Of a DNA stretch of 64,000 bases, positions 7,678-15,208 are shown piece after piece. The translations under genes and the position numbers were made by a program. Under the pieces are notes generated by a model that had not been told where the DNA came from, ran no database searches, and saw only the letters and a list, made by a program, of their open reading frames with translations. This DNA is from a bacterium (GTDB taxonomy: Bacteria > JAMCPX01): NCBI GenBank assembly GCA_021787665.1, contig JAJYLN010000002.1:74377-138376 (forward strand), given 5' to 3'. The stretch's first letter is position 1, and the number at the start of each line of letters is the position of its first letter.

Positions 7678-10506
7678 GTGTCCCTCCCCAAGCCCATAAT
7701 CGCTTTTTTCGTGTTGGCGGTCTCTCTGTCCTTTATTCCCCGTGTCTCTGTGGCGTCCGCTGTTCAGGACGTCGGCTCATATAACGGCATGCCCGTGTCC
7801 GGCACAACACTCGATTTTCCGCCGGGCGTGAGGACCAGGAGCATCAAGCAGCTCATCTTGACTCGGCCGGGCAAGCCCTTCAGCATGGACGATGCGGACG
7901 ATACCCTGAGGCTCATCTATTCTACCAACCAATGCTCGAACGTCGGCCTCGGCATAACGACTGCCGGCCGGGATGTATTCCTCACGTACACCTGCGTGCC
8001 CATCGTCTCGGTGTCCAGTATAGAGTTCCACGGCGTGGAGAGCGTGTCCATCAAGGCCCTCGATCATGCGGTCTCCTTGCCGCAGGGAACGGCCTTCTAT
8101 GCCTTCCTGCTCGGCGTCATAAAGAAAAGGGTGATCAGGTTCTACCATGACAACGGATTTATGAAGCCGGTCGTAACGGTCTTCTTTACGCAGACATCGT
8201 ACCGTACCGGTGATGTGACCGTGGACGTCCGGGAGGGGAGACCGGTGCTCGTACGAGCCGTAACATTTACCGGTAACCCGGTACTGAGCAGTGTGGCGCT
8301 GGCCGGTGAGATACCCATAGCACCAGGCAAGCGGCTCGAAAAAAAAGGCCTGGACGGGGTGATTGGCGCGCTCGAGGCGTACTATCATTCCCGGGGCTAC
8401 TGGCAGGCGTACATAGAGAAGCCCACGGTCGTCTACTCGGAGGACCTCGGGGAGGCGTACGTCGACGTCCGTATCAATGCAGGGCCTGTGTATGTCTTCG
8501 AGTTCAGGGGCGCGAGGCACCTGTCCGAAGCCGGTCTCCTCGACATCATCGGTATCAGCAAGGGCGGAGGATACCTGAACTTCGAGATCTACAGGATTCG
8601 GTTGGAGGACTACTTCAAGGACCGGGGATACTATTTCTGTACCGTGAAATATGCCGTGGCGAGAAAGAAGCGGATACATGTCGTCTTTACCATAACCATG
8701 GGCAGGAAGATCTACATCGCGGGCATATTCTTCAGCGGCAACAGCCATATCCGGACCTCTGCGCTGCAGGCGCAGATGTTGACACGGCCGTGGCGCATCT
8801 ATGCCTATATCTACGATTACACGTACAACGGTGTCCTTGCGCCCCGGCGGTTTGAGAACGACATCAAGGCAATCATCTACCTTTACAAGATACACGGCTT
8901 TCTCAACGTGAAGGTGCGCGACGTGAAGATAGCCTTCGTCGACCCGAGAAAGGAGTGGATCAACGTGACCATCGTCATCGACGAGGGCGCCCAGACGACC
9001 GTAAACAGCGTGCGGGTAGACGGCGTATCGCAGGCGATGAACAGTCAGGTCATGGACATCATCGGCCGAATCAAGACCAAGGTGCCGTTCAATGTATGGC
9101 AGGTGCAGGACGCGAAGCGGAAGATAGAGCAGGTTTATTTCTCCCATGGCTATGTCAATGCAGGGGTAGGGTACGACTATATGATACGGAAAGACCGGGC
9201 GGACGTATCGTTCCTCATTCACGAGGGATCGCGGATTTCCATAGGGAAGGTCATCATCGCCGGGAATACGAAGACTGCGACGTGGGTTATTCGGAGGAAC
9301 CTCGAATTCAGGACCGGCATGTATTTCGTTCCGGACAGCATCATCCACAGCAGGATAAATCTCCTGAAGACCGGCTATTTTGAGAGCGTCGCTATCAAGC
9401 CCGTCCCGGACAAAAGGCTCAGGAACACGGTGGACATAGACGTGATCGTGAGGGAGCGCAAGACCAAGGGCATTTCCGGATCCGTCGGCTATGGTACCGT
9501 GGAAGGATACCGTGCGGCTGTCGATCTGTACGATAATAATATTTTCGGTACGGCACGGTCGCTGAATTTCCACGCGGGCGGGGCCGTGCAGCCCGCGGTA
9601 TATGCGTTCAGGAAGATGTTTAATTTCCATAACTACACCACGACCGAGAGGGACCTTGAGCTCGGGTACAGAGAAAACTATCTTCTGAATACCGGGGTGA
9701 CCGGCAGCATAGACCTGATCGATTCCTATGTAAAAAATCTATGGGTAGGGTATGGCCTGAAGAGCGAGAGCGCCGTGGTGGGTCTGAACAGGAACATCGG
9801 CTCGGCATGGAAGCTCTCCCTGCAGTACGACTTCGAGATACGGGAGCCCACGGACGTGCAGTCGACAAAATATCTGAACCCTGCGGACTACGAGCAGAGA
9901 CAGCTCGGCATCGTGTCCCCGATCATACTGCTCGACGAGCGCAACGATCCGTTCAACCCTACCAATGGCTTCCTGCAGGTCCTGAGGGTGGACTGGGCCA
10001 AGCGCTGGCTTCTGTCGCAGGAAGAATACCTGAAGCTGTACTATGCCGCAACGAAGTACATACCGATAGCGAGCTGGGTGACGTACGTCCTGTCGATCAG
10101 GGGCGGGTACGCATGGCCGATGGGAACGACGGTAGATCTCCCCATTGAGAAGAGGTTCTATCTCGGTGGCGGTACCACCATACGGGGCTTCGCAGAAGAT
10201 TCGGTGGGTCCCCGGACGGACGGCACGTACCTCGGCGGGGACATCATGCTCAACTACCAGACGGAGTTCAGGATCAAGCTCATCGACAACTTCGACGGCG
10301 TCGTATTCACAGACGGCGGAAACGTCTGGTCGTCTCCGGCCACCTTCGAGTTGAAGGGCATGCACGATATAAGAAAGACCGCGGGTGTCGGCATACGGTA
10401 TGTGACGCCGGCCGGGGCATTGAACCTCGACGTGGGCTTCAAGCTGGACCGGAGGCCCGGGGAAGACCCCACGGCATGGAATTTCTACATCGGTACGGTG
10501 CTGTAG
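7678..10506 (+). CDS. Omp85-family outer membrane protein (BamA/TamA-like) with multiple POTRA repeats and a C-terminal beta-barrel, 942 aa.
   Basis: GTG start 2 nt after the tamB stop. Signal peptide (IIAFFVLAVSLSFIPRVSVASA). The repeated ~80-aa units are typical of POTRA domains. C-terminal barrel segments (…GGTTIRGF…, …NLDVGFKLD…). Confidence 0.75.
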   Translation: MSLPKPIIAFFVLAVSLSFIPRVSVASAVQDVGSYNGMPVSGTTLDFPPGVRTRSIKQLILTRPGKPFSMDDADDTLRLIYSTNQCSNVGLGITTAGRDVFLTYTCVPIVSVSSIEFHGVESVSIKALDHAVSLPQGTAFYAFLLGVIKKRVIRFYHDNGFMKPVVTVFFTQTSYRTGDVTVDVREGRPVLVRAVTFTGNPVLSSVALAGEIPIAPGKRLEKKGLDGVIGALEAYYHSRGYWQAYIEKPTVVYSEDLGEAYVDVRINAGPVYVFEFRGARHLSEAGLLDIIGISKGGGYLNFEIYRIRLEDYFKDRGYYFCTVKYAVARKKRIHVVFTITMGRKIYIAGIFFSGNSHIRTSALQAQMLTRPWRIYAYIYDYTYNGVLAPRRFENDIKAIIYLYKIHGFLNVKVRDVKIAFVDPRKEWINVTIVIDEGAQTTVNSVRVDGVSQAMNSQVMDIIGRIKTKVPFNVWQVQDAKRKIEQVYFSHGYVNAGVGYDYMIRKDRADVSFLIHEGSRISIGKVIIAGNTKTATWVIRRNLEFRTGMYFVPDSIIHSRINLLKTGYFESVAIKPVPDKRLRNTVDIDVIVRERKTKGISGSVGYGTVEGYRAAVDLYDNNIFGTARSLNFHAGGAVQPAVYAFRKMFNFHNYTTTERDLELGYRENYLLNTGVTGSIDLIDSYVKNLWVGYGLKSESAVVGLNRNIGSAWKLSLQYDFEIREPTDVQSTKYLNPADYEQRQLGIVSPIILLDERNDPFNPTNGFLQVLRVDWAKRWLLSQEEYLKLYYAATKYIPIASWVTYVLSIRGGYAWPMGTTVDLPIEKRFYLGGGTTIRGFAEDSVGPRTDGTYLGGDIMLNYQTEFRIKLIDNFDGVVFTDGGNVWSSPATFELKGMHDIRKTAGVGIRYVTPAGALNLDVGFKLDRRPGEDPTAWNFYIGTVL

Positions 10507-10594
10507 TACACCGTCATCGTGGTAGGGAGGGTCTGCAATCTGCCCCTGCGGGAGTGCCTGGACCAATCTGACGATCGATTCCCCGGATTTCCGG

Positions 10595-12748
10595 TCAATG
10601 GCGTGTCCGGTATACGCACCGCACACCGACGAAGTCGAGCTGTCGTGAGGGAGAGCTGTTGTAGCGCAAGGATGCACGCAGGAGCGAAGGATAGCCGGCG
10701 TCCCATGATCCGCCCCGCAGTATGCGGTAAGCCCCCCTCGAGGGGCCGGCTGGGTTACGGACCGGCGCGCTGGTGTAGTCCATGCCGTACCAGTCAGCAC
10801 ACCAGTCCGCCACGTTACCTGCCATGTCCATGACCCCGTAGGGGCTCCTGTCCAAAGGATAGCTTCCTATCCTGCAGGTATGGTCATGGCTGCACGGGCT
10901 CACCGAGTTACAGCTCCTGTTACAGTTCCCCTTGTTGCCCCAGGGGTATATCCTTCCGTCCGTACCCCGCGCTGCCTTTTCCCACTGTGCCTCCGTAGGT
11001 AATTGCTTGCCAGCCCATCGGCAGTAGGCATTCGCCTGGTCCCAGTCGACGCAATTTATAGGGTCGTCCCCTCTGCCCGGTACCCCGGCATTGCACCCGC
11101 TCCCGGTAGCGGCCGTGGTGCAACCACCCGCGCGGACACACTTCGTGTATTCGTTCGTCGTTACATCGTCTTTGTCGATAAAGTACGCATCGAGATATAC
11201 CAGATGATACGGCTTCTCGTTGTCCATACAAGTCGTGTCGTTCGGACTGCAGCCCATCCAGAACCAGCCCGCCGGGACGTAGGCCATGGGGCCACCTTTG
11301 GTCCCCGCAGGAACGGCTTCCCGTGCGGTGCGCGGTGCGTGCCGGCTTGCTCTCACCGGGACTTCCTGCATGTCTTCTGCTGCACGCTGGAGCGACTCGC
11401 CTCCGAGATAACCCATCCGGGACGTTGTGGCCTTCATACCCTCGATCCGCTTGAAGAAGTCGACACCGTTGGTCAGCCAGCGGCTCTGATCCACGGTGAT
11501 GAGGCACATCGAAGTGGCTATCGTGAGCAGGAGCAGCCCGTAGATCGATTTGCCCGGATACCCCTGGATAATCTCGTACAGCTTCGCCAACAGGATCCCG
11601 GTTATCGCTGCGAGCCCGGCATACGGCAGGGTCAGGTAGTGGTCTATCCCCTGGAAGATGAAGCCACTCGGAGTCAGGGTCGGAACATTGCCTATCCCGC
11701 TGCCGGGCAGGAAATTGGCACCGTACCAGAGCAGCCAGAAGGTCACCGGAGGTGCGCTCGTCCTGTAGCGCCATGCTAGGGAGGCGATCAGCGCGAGGAA
11801 AAGTATGGAGAGAATCACGAACGGGCTTGACCATCTCAGCATGGGCCAGTGGGTGTAGTAGGAGTTTATGAACAGGGGAAGGATCTGGTTGTGGGGATAG
11901 GTAAACAGACCGGCCGTGTTGATAATCGCCATCTGGAGATGATAGAGAAACGGGACGCTGTTCCCGCCTTCGACCGGGCGCAGCAGGAAAAGGTAGGAGA
12001 GGGCGAATCCGAAACCGATACCCACGAGGACAATGTATCCTTTGTATGCCTTCTTGAGCTTCCCGCGGTAGAAGAGCAGATCGTATATGAAAAACATTAC
12101 CGGCAGCATGAATGCCGTGCCCTTGCTCATCAGGGCCATACACCACAGGAACAGGCCGGCTACGAGACGCCTCCGGTCGTCCGTCTGCCGGTAGCGAATG
12201 TAGCAGAGAAACGAGGAGAATATGAAGAGGTCGGCGAGCGTGGTCTTCATCTCCGCCACGAACATGACGGTCTCGCTCTGTATCGGATTGATGATATAGA
12301 ACAGGCCTGCCAGCACACCCGCGTACTTGTTGCCGGTCATCCTCCACAGGATAAGGTACAGGAGAACGCCGTCGGAAACTTGCAGGAAGACGTTGGCCAT
12401 ATGGAACGCCGGGGAGTTGAGTCCGAAGAGCTGGTACAGGACCATGTAGGCCATGATGTGCAGGGGGGCCCATTTGTCCGTGAACGTATGGGTGAATGCG
12501 GCGACGATGTTGGTAAGGCTGACCCCGCGGATGTAGGGGTTGAATACGATATAGAACATATCGTCCACGTAGAATTGCGAGATAAACAGGGCCTGATAGA
12601 GGAACAGGCCGAGGGTCAGGAAGACCATGGAAACCATGATGGTGAACGTGGCGTCCGGCCGGGTATTGGACAGGTACCTTTGTCTGAGTTCCTCCCCCTG
12701 CCGGTTTACCGTGGCCCTGGAAGAAATACTTGTTCCTTTATCTTTCAT
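10595..12748 (-). CDS. Fusion protein. The N-terminal ~490 aa is a polytopic GT-C glycosyltransferase of the PMT_2 / GT39-GT83 (ArnT / protein O-mannosyltransferase-like) family. The C-terminal ~230 aa is a formylglycine-generating-enzyme (FGE-sulfatase / SUMF1) domain.
   Basis: Many TM helices with the PMT_2-type motif region (…FYIINPIQSETVMFVAEMKTTLADLF…). The C-terminus shows …YVPAGWFWMGC…HLVYLDAYFIDKDDVTTNEY…RILRGGSW…, typical of FGE-sulfatase domains. Start placed at ATG 12748 (MKDKGT…), preceded by GAAGGA; the ORF-track start at 12955 lacks an RBS and runs through intergenic repeats. Confidence 0.7.
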   Translation of the reverse strand: MKDKGTSISSRATVNRQGEELRQRYLSNTRPDATFTIMVSMVFLTLGLFLYQALFISQFYVDDMFYIVFNPYIRGVSLTNIVAAFTHTFTDKWAPLHIMAYMVLYQLFGLNSPAFHMANVFLQVSDGVLLYLILWRMTGNKYAGVLAGLFYIINPIQSETVMFVAEMKTTLADLFIFSSFLCYIRYRQTDDRRRLVAGLFLWCMALMSKGTAFMLPVMFFIYDLLFYRGKLKKAYKGYIVLVGIGFGFALSYLFLLRPVEGGNSVPFLYHLQMAIINTAGLFTYPHNQILPLFINSYYTHWPMLRWSSPFVILSILFLALIASLAWRYRTSAPPVTFWLLWYGANFLPGSGIGNVPTLTPSGFIFQGIDHYLTLPYAGLAAITGILLAKLYEIIQGYPGKSIYGLLLLTIATSMCLITVDQSRWLTNGVDFFKRIEGMKATTSRMGYLGGESLQRAAEDMQEVPVRASRHAPRTAREAVPAGTKGGPMAYVPAGWFWMGCSPNDTTCMDNEKPYHLVYLDAYFIDKDDVTTNEYTKCVRAGGCTTAATGSGCNAGVPGRGDDPINCVDWDQANAYCRWAGKQLPTEAQWEKAARGTDGRIYPWGNKGNCNRSCNSVSPCSHDHTCRIGSYPLDRSPYGVMDMAGNVADWCADWYGMDYTSAPVRNPAGPSRGAYRILRGGSWDAGYPSLLRASLRYNSSPSRQLDFVGVRCVYRTRH

Positions 12749-12852
12749 GAGAGGTCCTTCGTAGCATGTCTGATAGTCATACCAAGCGTTCCTCCTTGTC
12801 AACCTTACGCCGCACAAGGCGACGATTGCAAGATTCCTGCCCTTACGATATG

Positions 12853-13002
12853 AGAATCTTACGTTGGCATATCTTTGTAAAATGCAGAGAAGATGTTGTA
12901 CATCGTTGGAAAATTCCCCTTCCTCCCCCTTTGACAAAGGGGGAGGGGTACCCAAGTTCCTCTTGGGTCGGGGGGGGTAGTTTGGGTGCGGCTGAAAGCC
13001 GC
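12853..13002. repeat. Copy B of the repeated intergenic element. 5' block gaatcttac… is followed by AAAATGCAGAGAAGAT (12879-12894). There is an ~90-nt internal segment carrying two extra palindromes, then the hairpin GCGGC-TGAAA-GCCGC (12988-13002).
   Basis: Shares the 16-mer and the 15-nt hairpin exactly with copy A (176-240). The interval between the conserved 16-mer and the hairpin is 9 nt in copy A and 93 nt in copy B; the 5' flanks are ~70% identical. Confidence 0.6.
12922..12967. promoter_or_regulatory. A perfect palindrome CCTCCCCCTTTG-a-CAAAGGGGGAGG (12922-12946, 12-bp arms) containing TTGACA, followed by hairpin CCCAAG-ttcct-CTTGGG (12951-12967). Sits in the divergent recG / GT39-FGE control region.
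   Basis: Arms are exact reverse complements. The 1-nt centre argues for a dimeric protein-binding site rather than an RNA hairpin. Confidence 0.45.
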
Positions 13003-13071
13003 GTTAGGAGAAGCCGTTATGAGACCCGTGTGCCATGAGCCGGCATTAATAGGAGCGACAGGGGGAAGGGC

Positions 13072-15162
13072 GTGGATACCAACCCATCCATCCAATACAT
13101 AAAGGGCGTGGGCCCCGGGAGGTCCCGCCTGTTCGAGAGGAAGGGCGTTACGGACCTCGTATCGCTCGTACACTTTTTCCCGGTCAGGTATGAGGACCGG
13201 AGGCGGATCATCGGGATAGGAAGCGTGAGGTACGGCAGGAAGGAGGTGGTCGTCGGTGAGGTGTACAGGGCCAGTATAAAGAAGGCCAGGGGCAGGAGCA
13301 TCTTCGAGGTGATCATACGGGACGACACAGGCTACCTTGCGCTGGTCTGGTTCCATTTCGAGTACGCATACATGGTCAAGAGGTTTAGGAGTGGATCCCG
13401 CATTCTTGCGTACGGGGACATCGGCTCTTTCGGGAACATGCCGCGTATGATACATCCGGACATCGAAGAGTTCGATCGTACCGGCGATGATACCCTCAGC
13501 TTTGGACGGATAGTCCCCGTGTACCCCGCGTTAGAGGGTATGTCGCAGCGGATCGTGAGGAAGATCATGAAGGTTGCACTCGATACCCACGTAGGAACCC
13601 TGTCCGAATACCTGCCGGAGGCGGTCAGGAGGCTGTACACACTGCCCGGCTTCTCTGAATCGATCTACGGCCTCCATTTCCCCGGAGACGAAGTCTCGGT
13701 GGAGGCGCTGAACCAGCAAACGTCCCCGTTCCACCGGCGCATCAAGTTCGACGAGTTCTTCTTCTTCGAGATGGCGCTCGCCATAAAAAAGAGGCAGAGC
13801 AGGCACCGGGACGGCATCGTCTTTTCGCCGTCCGCTTCCGGCATGATGGACGCCTTCGAAAAGGGCCTCCCGTTCTCGCTTACCGACGATCAGAGGCGCG
13901 TCGTCGGGGAGATCTCGGGCGACCTCGCCTCCGGCTACCCCATGAACAGGCTTCTGCAGGGAGACGTGGGCAGCGGCAAGACAGTCGTAGCACTTTATGC
14001 AGCCGTGCTTGCCATCGGCAACCACTACCAGGTGGCCTTCATGGCACCTACGGAGATCCTGGCCGAGCAGCACCTCAGAACCATCGGGTCACTGACGCGG
14101 GGCATGCAGGTCCGCTCTGCACTGCTGAAGAGCGATACGAAGCCTGCCGAGAGGAAGCGGATCCTCGGAGAGCTCTCCGACGGCACGCTCGGCCTCATCG
14201 TGGGTACCCATGCGCTCCTCCAGCCGGAGGTCAGATTCAGGAACTGTGGCCTGATTGTCATAGACGAGCAGCACCGGTTCGGCGTCGTTCAGCGGATGGA
14301 ACTCAAGAAGAAGGGGAACAACCCGCATATGCTGATCATGACGGCGACCCCGATTCCCAGGACGCTTTCCATGACCGCATACGGGGACCTCGATATCTCC
14401 ATCATACGACAGATGCCGCCCCACCGGAAGCAGGTGCGGACCCTGCTCTTTTACCGGAAGGCACAGAGACAGGGGATCTATGATCTCCTGCGCCAGGAGA
14501 TGCAGAAGGGCCGTCAGGTGTATGTGGTCTATCCGCTGATAGAGGAGTCCGATGCCATCGAGCTCTTGGCGGCCACGAAGATGTACGAGGAGCTCAAGAG
14601 GGAGTTTTACGGCTTCAGGGTGGAGCTCCTGCACGGTAAGGTCAGGGGCGAAGAGCGCGAACAGCGCATGGCTGATTTCAAGGAAGGCAGGATCAGCATG
14701 CTGGTCGCGACCACCGTCATAGAGGTGGGCGTCGACGTGCCCAACGCGACCGTCATGTTCATCGAGCATGCCGAGAGGTTCGGGCTCTCGCAGCTCCACC
14801 AGCTCAGGGGCAGGGTAGGGAGGGGTGCCGAGCAGTCGCTCTGCATCCTCTATGCGCACAGCCTTACCGCAGAGGCGCACAAGCGGCTCGATGCCATGGT
14901 CAGGACGAGCGACGGATTCAGGATAGCCGAGATGGACCTCGAGATACGGGGGCCCGGGGAGATGCTCGGCATTAAACAGTCCGGCATGCCGGATTTCAGA
15001 ATGGCGAGCATCGTCAGGGACATCGATATACTCAAGACGGCGCGGGACGCGGCGTTCGACGTGGTGAACGGCGTCGTCGCGCTCGATAGATCGGACAAGC
15101 TGATGCTGTACCACCACCTGCGTGGCTACGGCTCCAGGGCGGTCAGTCTGATAGGGGTGTAA
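13072..15162 (+). CDS. recG: ATP-dependent DNA helicase RecG.
   Basis: N-terminal …IQYIKGVGPGRSRLFERKGVTDLVSLVHFFPVRYED…, Walker A GDVGSGKT, DEQHRFG (DEXH box), and a helicase C-terminal domain. GTG start at 13072 after GGGGGAAGGG. Confidence 0.9.
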   Translation: MDTNPSIQYIKGVGPGRSRLFERKGVTDLVSLVHFFPVRYEDRRRIIGIGSVRYGRKEVVVGEVYRASIKKARGRSIFEVIIRDDTGYLALVWFHFEYAYMVKRFRSGSRILAYGDIGSFGNMPRMIHPDIEEFDRTGDDTLSFGRIVPVYPALEGMSQRIVRKIMKVALDTHVGTLSEYLPEAVRRLYTLPGFSESIYGLHFPGDEVSVEALNQQTSPFHRRIKFDEFFFFEMALAIKKRQSRHRDGIVFSPSASGMMDAFEKGLPFSLTDDQRRVVGEISGDLASGYPMNRLLQGDVGSGKTVVALYAAVLAIGNHYQVAFMAPTEILAEQHLRTIGSLTRGMQVRSALLKSDTKPAERKRILGELSDGTLGLIVGTHALLQPEVRFRNCGLIVIDEQHRFGVVQRMELKKKGNNPHMLIMTATPIPRTLSMTAYGDLDISIIRQMPPHRKQVRTLLFYRKAQRQGIYDLLRQEMQKGRQVYVVYPLIEESDAIELLAATKMYEELKREFYGFRVELLHGKVRGEEREQRMADFKEGRISMLVATTVIEVGVDVPNATVMFIEHAERFGLSQLHQLRGRVGRGAEQSLCILYAHSLTAEAHKRLDAMVRTSDGFRIAEMDLEIRGPGEMLGIKQSGMPDFRMASIVRDIDILKTARDAAFDVVNGVVALDRSDKLMLYHHLRGYGSRAVSLIGV

Positions 15163-15208
15163 AAACCCGATACCGTAGCCCTGGCCTAATGTTTGCCCCG
15201 CTTCAATC

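Noticed and set aside
10920-12473. 517-aa minus-strand ORF overlapping the GT39-FGE gene in another frame.
   Set aside because: Same strand, different frame. Pro/Arg-rich nonsense translation. The 10595..12748 frame carries the recognisable PMT_2 and FGE motifs.
12766-13038. 90-aa plus-strand ORF spanning the intergenic repeat and palindrome region.
   Set aside because: No RBS. The translation (…PLPPPLTKGEGYP…) is dictated by the GC-rich palindromes. It more plausibly is non-coding regulatory or repeat DNA.
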